From NCBI RefSeq assembly GCF_018977255.1, contig NW_024704743.1, forward strand, positions 62,002,001 through 62,066,000: DNA of 64,000 nt. Reading direction: 5' to 3'. This DNA comes from Callorhinchus milii. Taxonomy: Eukaryota. The translations under genes were made by a program, and so were the position numbers. Below the pieces are notes generated by a model that saw only the letters and a list, made by a program, of their open reading frames with translations, did not search any database and had not been told where the DNA came from. Shown here piece after piece: positions 49,951 to 64,000 of this stretch (its first letter is position 1; each line of letters starts with the position of its first letter).

Positions 49951-52042
49951 CCCAGCGGAGCAGCACTGACCCGCCAACCCCAGAGTTAGTTTCCCCCAAT
50001 CGCCACGGGAATGGTTTGATGTCAACAACTTTTTTTTTTGGTCACAGGTGAAACCTCTCGGCTTCACGTGCTGCCGATCGCTAGTCCTTGCGTTCCGAGG
50101 CAGAGTCTCTCGCGTCGGGAGGACGTATCCAAGTGTCTCGCAGGATTTGCTGTAAAGTGCAGTGACCGTGTCTTTTGTGGGCAAATACGGCAGACTGTTT
50201 GCAACCGCCACGGGGTGAATGACCAGTTTGATGTGTGGATTGGATTGCTGGCCAGGATTGGAACAAACTACCTCTTCTCTTCGAATAGTGGAATCTTTAA
50301 TGTCCACCTGAACAGCGCAGACAGAACCGAGGTTTAACATCTCATCTGAAGGGCAGCACCTCTGACAATGTCGCACTCCCCCAGCACACAGTTGGATTGT
50401 GTGCTTATTGGACTGTTTTATATTTGTAGCAATCTGCTATACTAAATTATTGCTTTGGAATGTCAGCATAGACTGTGGGTTCAAAATCTTGATAGGGGGC
50501 TTGAACCCACAAATTTCTCATCCTGAGGTGAGAGTGCTACCGAAGTGACTGATCTCTTCAAAAGCTTCAATGTAAATCACGTCAGGTATTAGTGATATCA
50601 AATAATTTTGCTTATTTATAAGGGGCTGCATTTACAAAAAAAAGACAAAAAAATCTGAATATATCTAATTACAAGATTTACCAAAAATCTCAAAAAGAAC
50701 ATGAATGATTTCAAGACAATAATCCAATTGTGTTCAGTTGTTAAACAGTCTTAATTTTTGTTGTGTGCAAACAAATTGTTACTTTTGCCTACTTAAAATG
50801 GTTACTTCTGAATTCTTATTGTATTCCTCCTTGGCATATAATGTTTTTAAAAAAAGGGAGCATTAAACTGCGGTTGTGTCTGCTTGTTCAGGTGGACGTT
50901 AAATATCTCATTCATATTAATAATAATAATTTTTATATGGCCCCTTATCACATCCTTGAGATATCCATGCATTCACAAGATATACTGTAAAGTGGATTGA
51001 CTGTATTTTGTGGGCGAAACGCATTACACTATTCGAAGAGAGAAGGCAGCTTTTCCAAATGGCCTTTACTCCAGAGTAATTTGTAACTCCTCATGAATTT
51101 TTGTGTGATTTACTAGTGCACAATGTTGCTATGTTTCCTTACAAATGTTACTACGATTGATAGTAATTACTTGCGACGTGCTTTGGGATGTTTTGATATG
51201 ATAAGGACACTATGACGTCAATATTTCAAAGTGAATAGTGTCATGGGTTGTTCAGTGTTCACCTTCAGGACTAACATTTAAAACGTGTGAAACAGCAGCT
51301 GTACAAGACTGATAATCTGCAATGACCCATTTTCTCCATTTTATGGTACAGTGATCGATGCAATAGGGAAACTTCAATTGACTTCTGTTGTGTTACTGCA
51401 TTAGGGATGGACTAATATTCAAAATGTGGATATGGAATGCGAACCGTGGCTTTCGAGCTGGGAAACTTCATTAGTTAGTGGAACTTCACTACACTCTACT
51501 TATTATGGGCGATATTCTGATGGTATTTCTTTATTGGCAGTTTGTGATGATTAGGGAAATATTGTGTTAGTCTGTTTTGAGCATGAGACATTGCTTTCCA
51601 GTTTTCAGTTCAGAGCAGATGCAGACTTTTTTTAGTTTCTTTGAGTTTGCATAATATTTGCTTACCACCGGCAATGAAGTAATTATCTTTATATGTTTAA
51701 AAAAAAGTTTTGCTACCTGCTGCCTAGTGTTGCCATTGAATCTTTTTCCTTTCTGAAGAAATGCCTCTTCTGCTGGAGAGTGGTTTTATAGGTGACGATT
51801 ACCTTCTGGTAGTTTAAGTGGCCATTATACGTACCCTGATGCCTTGACAGTAAGTGCTGAGCCGTGTATTCAGCCATAGGAGAGAGTGCAGTTAAGCCAT
51901 TTCCTGTTCTCATCTGATATTTACTCATGTACACCTTACAGCAGGTGTCTGTTGGTCGTGATCACCAACAGGAGTCCCTGGCTAATTCCTCCTTGTCCAA
52001 CCCAGGGATATTGAGACCTATTGTTTCCCCCCCGTGCATATA

Positions 52043-52360
52043 TAATAATAATAATAATCCTTGCATTTGATATAGCGCTTTTCACGTCAGGAGGACGTCC
52101 CAAAGCGCTTCACAGAACACACTGTAAAGTGAATTGACTGTATATTTGTGGGCGAATGCGGCAGCCAATTGCGCACAGTAATGTCCCACAGACAGTCGTA
52201 GATTGAAAATGACCAATTTTATTATTGTTTTTGGTTTTGGAGGGATTATTATTAGGCGTGTGGAGTAAGGAAACTTGCCCAAGGTTTCGCTCTGCCTGGA
52301 ATTGAACTCAGGTCTCTCGATTGCAAAGCGAGTGCTCTAACCACTGAGTTACAGGACTCC
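52043..52360 (-). mobile_element. Young tRNA-derived SINE
   Basis: Near-identical to 35741-36060. Confidence 0.9.
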
Positions 52361-53243
52361 ACAAATGCCATGTTTATACACCAGACACAGAAACTGAGCT
52401 CTGGATCCCCATTCTCACTTTTTGGTATTCAATGCTTTTGCTTTAAACTGTTCAGTTGTTTCTTTGTAAAAAAAGTGATTTGGGTTTTAGCTGCCATAAG
52501 ATAAGTGAATGACAAAAGTAATGTGTTCCTCAACAATGTATTCTTTGAATTTGGTGAATTTTACACTACTGAACAAGTGTAATTCTTTGATGAATTCTTT
52601 GGTGAATTTTTATGTAATAACTTGGGTCGTCCATAAGGGTCTAAGGTAAGCAACTTACAATTGAGACAAAAAAAAAGGAAAAAGGGAAAATGTTTTGTAG
52701 CTTTTTAAAACTAGGCTTAGTTTTGCTGTCATGTATATTAGTAGTATCCTATTGGATGAAAGATCTTTTAGCTATAAATAAAAATAAAACAGAATCTTAA
52801 CTGCTCTAAGACACCCCTCTACGTGAGGGGTGCTATTTTCTTACACTTGTCATTATACATTTGCCTGATTTATCATAATAATAATCTTACATTTGATATA
52901 GCGCCTTTCAATTTGGGAGGACATCTGAAAGTGCTTCACAGGTTTTACTATAAAGGATTACTGTACTGTATCGCGATTGTGTATTTATTTGTAGGTGATT
53001 GTGGCATCCAATTTGCATAAAACAATGCATAAAGTCAAGACACTTCACTGAAAAATCTCTGTTTTGCACTTCGATATACTGTCCAGGCTTTGTTATGTCC
53101 TCCCGACATAAAAGGAGCTATATACACACAATTTGTTGTTGTTTGCAGCCAAATAATTTAGAAATAATAAGGTGAGATAGCTGGAGACACAGAACATTTG
53201 ATGACCAACTGACATTTTTGATCTATCTAGCTGGAGCTGGAAA

Positions 53244-56200
53244 ATGACATTGGAAATAAAACCTCAGTTTCTATTGCTGTATGGCTCGGAATTGGGACAA
53301 GCAAAGGCTATTGCTGAAGACATCTTTGAGCAAGCATGCAGGAAAGGATTTATAAGTGACATACATTGTCTGAGCCATCTTGATCAGGTAACTATAAAGT
53401 AATCTCGTTTGTACAAATTCTGTGGGCTGCCGTGCTATGTAGATTCCCTCAGACCACTCTCCTAGTGAGTGTCCCCACCTCACTGTCCTTCATAGCCTTT
53501 AGTGCCTTAGTTTGAATCCTGTGAGCAGAAGACAGCTTATTCACTATTCACTTATTCAGAATTCAAACAATTACAATGCCAGTCCTGCTGTAGTCTTTAC
53601 AATTAGCCTGAAATTCTGGCTCACTGGACTGGATCTCTCCCATTAGTTGGCCAGACAGGGTTTAAGTAGATAATAATACTTGCATTTGATATAGCACCTT
53701 GTCAGGTCAAAGTGTCTTGAAGTGCATAACAGAGATCTTTCTGTGAAGTGTGATACCTGTATTTGTATAGTGCCCTTCACGCTGGGTAGCGTCTCGGAGT
53801 GCTTATATATGCCTTGATTTTTTAATAAAATGTATTTTTGGAAAAAACTTTAGTTACAAAACTAATATCATGCTTATTAAATGTACCTCTGTGTCCCTCT
53901 GAAAGTGCATGCAGCCGAAGTGGATGCACTTAAAGACAAAGATGTCTAAGTACCTCTTACACAGGCAAACTTCTACGACATTTTTGTGTTTGTGGTTAGT
54001 GTTGGACCACTTGTTTGTGCAGTATTTGATTTATTGAATAAATAAACGTTTTAATTTTATGTAATTCATGAAGATAGCTCCATTTGTCTTATCTTTTAAT
54101 TGTTTCAGTTTAACTTGGAGAAAGCACGAACTCCAGTTGTTTTAGTTGTCTCCACTACTGGATCTGGTGAACTACCGAGAACAGTGAGGAAATTTGCAGA
54201 GGAAATCAATTGCAAATATTTACCGGCTGACCACTATTCACACTTAAGATACGCAGTGTTGGGTAATGGAAGTAGTGATTTCTATTTCATTACAATAAAA
54301 GTGCTATCAAGTTTTGTGGAGTCCTGTAGCTCAGAAGTTAGGGCACTCGCCTCGCAAGCGAGAGACCCTGGTTCGATTCCCAGCAGGGCGAAATGTTGGG
54401 CAAGTTTCCTTACTCCACACGCCTCTGTTTACCTAGCATTAAGTAGGAACCTGGTTGTTAGTTGATTGGTGGATCCCGTTTCCGGGGGTAATAATTCCTT
54501 CAAAAAAATAATAATAATAAATTGGTCACTTCAATCCACGACTGATTGTGGGACGCTGATGTATGCAATTGGCTGCCCCATTTCGCCCACAAAATTTACA
54601 GTAAATTCACTTTACAGTATATTTTGTGAAGCGCTTGAGATGTCGCGAAGAGATGATAAGACGTTATCAAATGCAAAGATTATTATTATTGATTCATATG
54701 ACCAAAATATTGCTTCTTGTTCTGTCTAGCTCTTGGAGATTCTAATTACCTGAATTTTGCCAATGGTGGGAAGATAATTGATCGGCTTCTTCAACAGCTG
54801 GGTGCACAGCACTTCTATGCAACTGGATATGCAGATGACAGCGTTGGGTAAGACTGGCGATGAGAGTTCCTTATCGTTTTTTTTCTTTCCCTTAATGATT
54901 TTGCTCTGACGTTGAGACCTAACCTACCCTTATCGTTCAGAATACAGATTTGTCAGTAATCCCATTATGAGGATGTGAAGTGATATTTTTAACAATCTGC
55001 CCACCAACAGCAACAAAATTACATTTGTATAGCGCCTTTCACGTCGGGAGGACGTCCCAAGGCGCTGGACAAACAGAGTTACGGACCCGACCTGTGGGTC
55101 AGGTTGGGGGAGGGTGTAGGGCAGGGGGAGAAGCAGGGAGATTGAAAGCACTGTCGAAGAGGAGGGTCTTGAGGTGGGTCTTGAAGGTGGTGAGGGAGGG
55201 GGTGAGACGGAGGGACTGCCGGATGGAGTTCCAGAGGGTGGGGACAGAGTGGCGGAAGGCCCGCCCGCCGCTAGTAGGGCGAGCAAGGCGGGGGACGTGA
55301 AGCAGGCCGTAGCTCGCTGAGCGGAGGGACCGAACAGGGTGGTAGGAGGTTGGGAGGTTGGAGAGGTAGGGGGGAGTAAGACCATGGAGAGCTTTGAAGG
55401 TGAGGACCAGGATCTTGAACTGTATCCTCTGTGTGATGGGAAGCCAGTGGAGTTGGGCGAGGATGGAGATCATAGGGTCGCAGAGCCTGGTGCGGGAGAG
55501 GACATGGGCTGCAGAGCTCTGGATGATCTGCAGCCTGTGGAGGGACGAGTTGGGGAGGCCGACAAGCGATGAGTTTGCATAGTCGAGCCTCGAAGTAATG
55601 AAGACATATATGAGGGTTTCAGCGGCCTGTGATGTGAGACAGTGTCGGAGCCGGGAGATGTTGCGGAGGTGGGGGAAGGCAGAGCGGGTCATGGCGCAGA
55701 TGTGGGGTGGAAAGGATAATTGAGGGTCAAACAAGACCCCAAGGTTCTGGACTGGCTCAGTGAGGTGGAGTGTGCAACCATGGATGGTGATGCTGTCAGC
55801 GCCTGAGGTGTGGAGGCACTGACGGGAACCAATCAGGAGAGCCTCAGTCTTGTTGACGTTCAACTGAAGAAAATTAGCTCTCATCCAGGACTTGATGTCC
55901 GACAGACATTCTGTCAGGACAGCAGTGGTCCTGGAGTCAAGGGTGGAGGCAGAGAGATAGAGGTGGGTGTCATCCGCATACATGTGGAAGTTGACTCCAT
56001 GTATGCGGATGATGTCACCAAGAGGGCACATAGATATTGAAGAGGAGGGGACCACGGACAGAGCCCTTAGGACCACCGCACGAGACGTTGCGGGGTCTAG
56101 AGGAGAAGCCATTTGAGGAGATGAAGTGCAGGCGGTGTGAGAGATACGATCGGAACCAGTCAAGGACAGCGCCATGGCGGTGAGAGGAGAGGCAGTGGAT

Positions 56201-59200
56201 GAGGATAGAGTGGTCGATGGTGTCGAAAGCAGCAGAGAGGTTGAGGAGGCAGAGGGAGCCCTGGTCGCAGATGGACAGAATGTCATTTGTCACTTTGACC
56301 AGGGCTGTTTCTGTGCTGTGGGCGGCACTGGAACCAGATTGGAGGGGTTCGTGAAGGGAGTGGCGGGAGAGGAAGGAGCGAAGCTGAGAAGCAACAACTC
56401 GTTCCAGGACCTATTATAACTCCTATTATAATGTTAGACTATTGCTTATTGAATTTTGAAGAAGCTGTATGTCCCCATCCCAAAATGTGTATATTAAATA
56501 CAATCCAGTTATAACCAGATGTTTGGCATCTATAGTGTATTTGACTGCCCGCGTGCTGGTCATATGACACAACAACAGCTACTTGCATTTACATAACGCC
56601 TTCATTCGGTGTAGGGTCTCAGAGCGCTTATACTTGCAGATATAGTGTTGCAACAGATAATGTCATTTAGGAATCAGTATGTTGTATGAAGTAATTAATC
56701 ACCTCTGTAAGTACTTATCCTCATGAACCAGATATTTATTCAGTCACCACAGAGGTATTGATTTGGAGGGTGGGTGTTTTGCTGCAGGAGGAACTTAAAT
56801 CAGAGCAAGTGATGCCACTGTACAATTCTCTGTTGCCTCTTAGTGGCTGTCAGAGTAGGATTGGAGGGGGTATGGGAGAAGGTTCCTGAGTCAAACAAGG
56901 AGTACAGTAATAGCTAATAATAACCCTTGCATTTGATATAGTGCCTAATCACACCATCAAAACATCTCAAAGTGCTTCATAGGATTTTTACTGTGAACTG
57001 CAGTGTGTATTTCATATTTTTTGGATTACATTTTGTACTGGAATTTTGACGATTACTGTGTTAGCATTGCAATTATCATGATCCTGTTTTAATAGCCTAA
57101 AAAAGAGCTTTAGTTATGTGGTTATCAAAGAAGCTCACTCAGTTAATTCTCAATTTTCTTTGTTTTACCCTAATTGATGCAAATTATTATTATTAATAAA
57201 ACCAAATGATTAGAAGTAATAATTTAAATGATTCCTACTAAGTTAATTAGAAACTTATTTTATATTATTGTTACATATAAAACCTTTAATATTGTTTATT
57301 AAACAGTTAAAGTGTGTAGTATTTAGTGTGTATCTAGCTTGTAGCGATGTAGTACATTCTGCCGCGAGATAAAGTTGAGATATTTCTTGATGTCTTCTTT
57401 TCCACGACTGAAGAGAACAACAGGAACTTCAATAAAATATAATGCAATTATTAAGGCATTCTGCTCCTAGAACCAATATAATAATAATCCTTGCCTTTGA
57501 TGTAGCGCCTTATCATGATGCCATTGAAACGTCTCAAAGTGCTTCACCGAATATTTTGTAAAGTGTAAATAGAACTGTATTTTGTGGGCGAAAGGCGACA
57601 CCAATTGCGCACAGCAGTGCCCCACAAACCGTCGTTTCGTGTATGGTTTATGTGCATATTTTATTGCCAAGATGACGTGCAATGTTTTATTTTATGCTGT
57701 AAGTCCATCTCAACAGTGTTTGAAAACTAATGTTATTCGTTCTTATGTAGATTGGAATTAGTTGTGGAGCCGTGGATTGAAGGCCTTTGGGCTGCCTTGA
57801 GGGAATCGTGCTTGTGCAATATGTCGGTGTGTCAGGAAACAGAAGAAATGAGCACTGCGGTAAAGAAGACGTCCGAAACAAATGACTCTACAGGAACCAG
57901 TGAAATTGAAGGAGCACAAAATTCTCTGATCACGGAAATTCAGTTGATGAGACTGGAAGATCCAAGGACTGACGCTTCAGTTCTTTCAACTTCGTGTACT
58001 GGACAAGATCAAGTGGCGGCTGAGATGCACTCTTTTCCACTTCCTACCTGGGTGAGATCTGAACAACCACTGTCAGAGTCTGCTCTGAATATCCCTAATC
58101 TGCCATCAGAGTACCTCCATGTGGAGTTTCTGGAGAATACAGAGCAGGTAGGACTCTGTGAATACATTCTTCCTGATTTTATTTTGCGCTGTTTGGTTGC
58201 ACTTAGTTAACTTCTATTGAAAGCTTGGTCCAAAGCCATTCGACACATTGAGCTCTTCCTGCCAAAACCCTTGTCGTGTTTGTTGGATTCTGCCCAGTTT
58301 AATTTCTGCTCAGGGAGTTTAATAATTGCAAGTAAATCATTGCAAAAAGTAAATTAATCCCTGTGGCAAAGATAATCGAATGAATTTCCAAAATGTCAAT
58401 CCATTGTTAGAAACTGCATTATTTGATCTTGATCAAAGTGCATTACCATCACTGCCACTTCCACATTCCCACAGCCCAGGAATTTAAAAAGTTTCATAAA
58501 ATAGTTTATCCCAATGAACTTATCTTCATGAACTAGATATTTATTCAGTCATTGATTGCTGTTGTTGAAGTCTGTTCCAAGTGTCTATTCCAAACATCTA
58601 TTTGCTCTGTTTGTTGGGGGTGTAAGAAGTGATCTTCTACCATTCTCCACTGTTTGAAGCATGTTCAATTTTTTATTCCTGTCCTACACTTCTATACACA
58701 TTGTTTAACATTGATAATTAATGACATTTGTTATCCATGTTTTTCAGGACATCAGACCTAGATCCTGTCACTGAAACCCAGTTTAATTTTTTGAGAGTTC
58801 AGTACACCACAGTACATTGCCTCAGTAACTTCATGGAAATTAGACAGTGTTATAATTGTGTTATCAATGCAGATCTCTCTTGGCATTTCAAGACCATGAG
58901 AAGTTACTTTCAGTCAACAGTTAGAAGATACATGCGTTTTAGCTGAGCAGAGGAAAGGCATTTGTAAATCAACTTCGAACCATGAATTCCCAGGGATTGT
59001 AGTGGATGTCAGCCATTTCAAGATTTGGACCTAACCTATGTGAAGCACTTTTATAAGGGGCATGGACTAGGGAAGGAGCCAACCCTTTGGGGGCAGTGAA
59101 TAACATTTGTGTTTTGGGGAATCAGAAATTATACAGTAAATGGATTGGATATAGTCTATTGTAATGTTTTGGTTCCTCAATGAGGAGTCTGTTTGTTGTT

Positions 59201-62200
59201 TGCGCTCTTCCATTTTTAGCTCTTGCTAAAGCACTTTGGGGAACAGTACTTAATAATAATAATCCTTGCATTTGATATAGCGCTTTTCACGTCGGGAGGA
59301 CGTCCCAAAGTGCTTCACAGAACACACTGTAAAGTGAATTGACTATATTTGTGGGCGAACGCGGCAGCCAATTGTGCACAGCAATGTCCCACAAACAGTC
59401 GTAGATTGAAAATGACCAATTTATTATTGGTTTTGGTTTTGGAGGGATTATTATTAGGTGTGTGGAATAAGGAAACTTGCCCAAGGTTTCGCCCTCTGCC
59501 TGGAATTGAACTCAGGTCTCTCGCTTGCAAAATGAGTGCTCTAACCACTGAGCTACAGGACTCCACTTACTAGTGTTTCTGGGTCTTTAAATCATTGCCG
59601 AGATTCATCCGTGTCTACAGATGTCCTGGCAGCACAATTCACTGGATTTCATATTTCTAAATAATTTCATGATAGCGGTGTTTGACCTGAGGCATTGAAC
59701 TGAGGGTAAGGAAGGCGGACACAAGCTGCAGATCATCCAGAACTCTGCAGCTCGTGTCCTCTCCCGCATCAGGCTTTGTGATCATATCACCCTCACCCTT
59801 GCACGGCTTCACTGGCGCCCCATCCCCCAGAGGATAGAGTTCAAAATCTTCGTCCTCGCCTTCAAAGCCCTCCATGGCCTTGCTCCTTCCTACCTCTGAG
59901 ACTTGCTGACCCCATATCAACCTGTCCGCTCCCTCCACTCAACATGCTCCGGGCCTTCAGCTTCTCTGCCCCCACCCTTTGGAAATCTATCCCACAGTCC
60001 CTTCATTTTGCTCTCTCCCTTGCCTCCTTCAAAGCAAGTTTCAAGACCTTCCTCTTCGACCGCTCATTTGTCCACCCTCCTACCTCTACCCTCCCTGCTC
60101 TCTACCCCTCCTGATCCCAATCCCAATACTAGGGTCCAAATGCTTGGTCCAGGACCTCGGGACGTCCTCCTGATTTGAAGGGCCCTATACAAATATAATT
60201 TATTGTTGTTGTGGACAAAATGGGGGGGGCAAAAGAAGGAGAAGCGATGAACATTTCACCATATTACAGATCAGCTTGTTTTGAAGCATTGGCCCTCTTG
60301 GGCTGAAATGGAGATTGGGGGATAGGTGGGAATTGTCCTGGTGGCAGAACTGATAGGATTGGGTGGAGAAGCAGGTTCAGCAACCATGTGGATGCAGTAG
60401 ATATCGTTCACTTCTTTCTTTTTATTAATAATTTGCTTAAATTTTGTGAAATGATTTTGATGATACTGTGTGTTTTGGGCTGTTTATAATAATCCCTGCA
60501 TTTGTATAACGTCTTATCGTGCCTTCTAGACGTCTCAAAGCGCTTTGCAGAATATACTGTAAATAACTGTATACTTGTGGGCGAAACATATATTTATGTG
60601 CTAGAATAGGTTGATTTTTCTGAATGTGTTATTCTCTTCTCGCTGCTTAATCCTTAGGTTTGCGTCCTGGAGTGCCTCCCTATGATACAGCACACTGTGT
60701 TCCAGGTACCAGTGACTCGAGTCATGCGCCTTACCCGGGAGGATGCAGTGAAAACCACATTACTCTTAGAACTTGACATTTCGGTTAGTCCTTTCCTGGT
60801 ATTGTTTTGTAGTCGATTGTAATTCATTAGCTGTTTATGTAGTTTCCTCACCAGTAACTATACGATGGATTGTTCCAGGAGAGGGGATTATATGCTTCCC
60901 ATGTGCTTTCAGAATGTCTCCTCTCACTTCTTGCTTTCCTTTTTGATTAATAGTATTAATCAATGTTAATTATCACCCCTCTAACTAATAGAGAATGGAT
61001 AAGATGTCTAAAAGGGAGCTGGATATTAAGGGATTTGGAGAACAGCTGGGAGAAATTGGATGAAAAGATCTGACATGATCTAATAAACTGTTGGAAATGG
61101 TTTTCTATTTTTCCTATACAAATATAATAGAAGTATATTCCCATTATTTTCCAGAAAACATCATTTACTTATGACCCTGGGGATGCTTTCAACATTCTGT
61201 GCCCTAATAGTAGAGATGAAGTGGAAGAACTGATTCAGAGGCTTGGACTTCAATACAAGAGAGAACATTGTGTCTCCATCAGTATCCGAACCAACACCAA
61301 GAAAAAATGTAGGAAGGAAATAAAGGAACTAATTGCTGTGTTAAGTTTACTCGTCAAACAAATTATAAATTGCAGCAATATTTTAAAAAATAGTGTGAAT
61401 TGAATCAGAAAATTGTGATTTTATTTGACTTACTTCCTGATAAGATCTGCTGTTATAGGATCAGCTATTATGTTTGATGTGTTAACACCAGCCCAGGCTG
61501 CCACGACCCTTCCTTCCGCCCGTCTCCCAGATTAGGGAGATGGAGATTTTCATCGGGTTTTTTGTTTGAAACAAAAATGTTTTATTTTTAGGAAATTAAT
61601 TTTGTTAGTAGCAGATTGGATTTTCAAGTTTTTTTTTACAATATTCAAACGCTATTTGGGTCAAAGCATCACCATAAGGAATACTCCATGAAAACCTCTG
61701 TGTGATCAGGCATGTAGCTGGAATTCCTGTAACTTAAATATAGCAATAGTAATATCCACATCCCCATTAGCTAGAATTGGCTGGATTTTGTTCAGTGCAC
61801 CTTCCAGTTCTCCAAGCTGTGTTCATGCTCATTTGTTTTGCTATTGTTGGGGTAAGTGGAGATGGTGCTAACTTCTTGTCCAAAGGCACAAGTCAATGAG
61901 CCCGAATCGGTTTGGAAAGGAATCCATTAGTTGGCAGTGTATTCAAAGTATGAGGATCTGTTTGGGGTAAATGTGATCTTTAACTTTAAGATCATAAATT
62001 ATTATTATGAGAGGAACCAAAATTGGGAGGGGGAGATTTTGATTAGATTATAGGTGCATGATCATTTGCTAAATTATTGCTTATTCCCTGTCAGTGAAAA
62101 CCTGTTTAATTCTATGTATCTTTAGTTCTACGTTCATTAAACTTTGTTTAAGGGGAGTGGGATATCTGCATCAAAATTGGTTAAATTAAACTTCAGTTCG

Positions 62201-63306
62201 TTTTTTTTGTCTTGACATTTCAAGATCAAAGGAAGATTAAGGTAAGTAACTTCAATACTATCTTGCCTGCACCAGCAGACTAGATATAAAAGTGGAGTTT
62301 GTTACACTGTTATACTGACAGGGATCTGAATGTTTTTTGTACATCCTTCTGAACTCTGAAAATTCAGCCCAGTAATACGATTATAGGTTTTTGTCCTTAC
62401 AAAAAAGTAATGTCCTGACAGAGTTTTCTGAAGTATGCTGGCAAAACCTTTGTCTCTGAGGGGTGATAATGGTAATAATAATAATCCTTGCATTTGATAT
62501 TGTGCCTTATCATATCTTAGAGACGTCTCAACGCGCTTCATAAAATATACTGTAAAGTGAATTGACTTTATATTTTGTGGGCAAAACTCAATTTGAGCTG
62601 ATAGTATTGCACAAGAACCATTTTGTCTTAAATATGTTGTTTTTTTGTAGCACATTAATACAAATATACTGAATCAGCCTAATGACAACACTGAAATTGT
62701 GTTATTAGATTGGGTAAGTGGGAGCAAATGAGTGACGGGATCAATGGGGCACCAATATAGAGAACAGCACCAATACGTCTGGAATATTATTGCTATACAA
62801 ATCGATTGACAACATGGCATTGCAACCACGACTATTGGAAAGAAAATCTCTTTGGTTGGCACAGGCTCTCTTCAGCCTAGCCCTTAAAATTGCTGCCCAG
62901 AGAGTTGGCCATTAGCAGGTTTATGTATTTGGTGCAGTTATTTACACATTAACAATTGAGAGTCATAACGTTCAGCTCAATAAATCCATTAACTTATAGG
63001 AATACTTTGAATTGAGAATAGTTTAAAGTTTAAGACATAATGATGGGACATTATGACAAGATACTTTGGTGCTGTAATATTCCTGAGAGGTTGTTTTGTG
63101 TTAGTATTGAAAACTGTAAATGCACGTTTACTAGAACTCTTTTGTCTGTCCTGAGACAAATTCTGAATTCTTGTTACATTGGAATGATTGTTCAAATATT
63201 TTTTCTGTCTTATTAAGGTGCTAACCTGCCTGAGTACATACCAGAGAGAAGTACCCTACAGTTCATTCTAACCTGGTGCTTGGAAATACGATCCATTCCT
63301 AAGAAG
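53244..63306 (+). CDS. MTRR: Methionine synthase reductase, 5' part (7 coding exons; gene continues beyond the window)
   Basis: join(53244-53387,54109-54262,54730-54847,57751-58147,60658-60783,61155-61308,63218-63306). [89 protein letters not shown]. Phases consistent. Confidence 0.95.
54318..54690 (+). mobile_element. Full-length tRNA-derived SINE in an MTRR intron
   Basis: GGAGTCCTGTAGCTCAG A-box region, B box GGTTCGATTCC, body, (ATT)n tail. Confidence 0.9.
55005..56412 (-). mobile_element. 5'-truncated L2/CR1-clade LINE (RT), frameshifted
   Basis: [50 protein letters not shown]2-type tail. Confidence 0.95.
59251..59564 (-). mobile_element. Young tRNA-derived SINE
   Basis: Near-identical to 35741-36060; ACTTA at both flanks. 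Confidence 0.9.
59720..60212 (+). mobile_element. L2-clade LINE 3' fragment
   Basis: cacaagctgcagatcatccagaactctgcagctcgtgtcctctcccgc ([16 protein letters not shown]) through the tail gggacgtcctcctga...ttgttg. Confidence 0.85.
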
Positions 63307-63519
63307 GTACAATCAGATCTTCTGGGATTTTGCTTATAGACTTTGGATGATTGCCAGTGGCACAGTATAATTTGAAGGAGATGGCTATAGTCCTCCAGAA
63401 TGCCACTTTTTTCATTTCCCCTGTGTGTTAATGGTGCTCTTTTGCAATGCTGAGTTTTCCAGCCTATTTCTTTTCCATTCCTGTACATTCATTCCTATGT
63501 ATGATTTTAGCTGGGTAGA

Positions 63520-63785
63520 CTCCAGCAACACCCTAATGCACACTCTCGGGTCCCCAAGCCCTGGCTCTTGTCAACCTGCGCCTAACACTTTCCAGAAATA
63601 GGTAAGCAGGAATGTGTTCCTCCAGGGAGAGAGTGCGCATTCCATTCCAACAGTCTATCTCTGTGATTTCTATGTGTAGGTGGGATAAATTTTCAGCTTG
63701 GTTTGGATATTCTTAAGCATGGGGATGGGTTTCCACATGTGTCAGACACCCGGCTGACCCCTCCCCTCCAAAAAAAATCCAATGT
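63520..63785. repeat. Unclassified interspersed repeat, copy 3 of 3
   Basis: Aligns with 14335-14560 and the reverse complement of 48475-48760. Confidence 0.6.
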
Positions 63786-64000
63786 GCAAATGGCTATAAG
63801 GCATTGATCAAGATTGGAATAAGGGGCTCGAAGTAACTGGAATTTTGTTCATTTACTTTTTTGGCCCTGATAGCCCACTTCTGTACTCGTGTGCATAATA
63901 AAATAAACGAGAAACCTGCCTAGGCTACTGGCGTGGAGATTGACCTGGTTGTAAGTGGAAACCAAGGAGTTACGAGTGTTACCTTTATGTGAGTACAAAC

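Noticed and set aside
49149..50051. SPAQP-repeat ORFs
   Set aside because: Translation of the CAGCC pentamer array.

Overview
Vertebrate genomic DNA, probably from a cartilaginous fish (chimaera-like, inferred from the Deu-domain/L2-tailed SINEs and CR1/L2 LINEs). Four recognisable multi-exon genes: CHMP5 (+, complete, 219 aa, GC-AG intron 2), BAG1 (+, complete, 207 aa short form), FASTKD3 (-, complete, 660 aa) and MTRR (+, first 7 coding exons, running off the window). The best novel candidate lies between CHMP5 and BAG1: a three-coding-exon gene on the minus strand (16534-13217), only partly visible in the ORF track. It encodes a 103-aa protein with four Cys-pair zinc knuckles followed by a very lysine-rich tail, and its start-codon exon is bracketed by a 50-bp inverted repeat. 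The window also has large tandem arrays beside each CpG-rich promoter, a 3.2-kb minisatellite packed with CACAGTG heptamers, and many tRNA-SINE and L2/CR1 copies, some nested with target-site duplications. A probable haplotypic false duplication of the FASTKD3 3' end spans a 30-N gap. Most long ORFs in the track are artefacts of tandem repeats. Gene identities rest on my recall of the human proteins; no database search was run.
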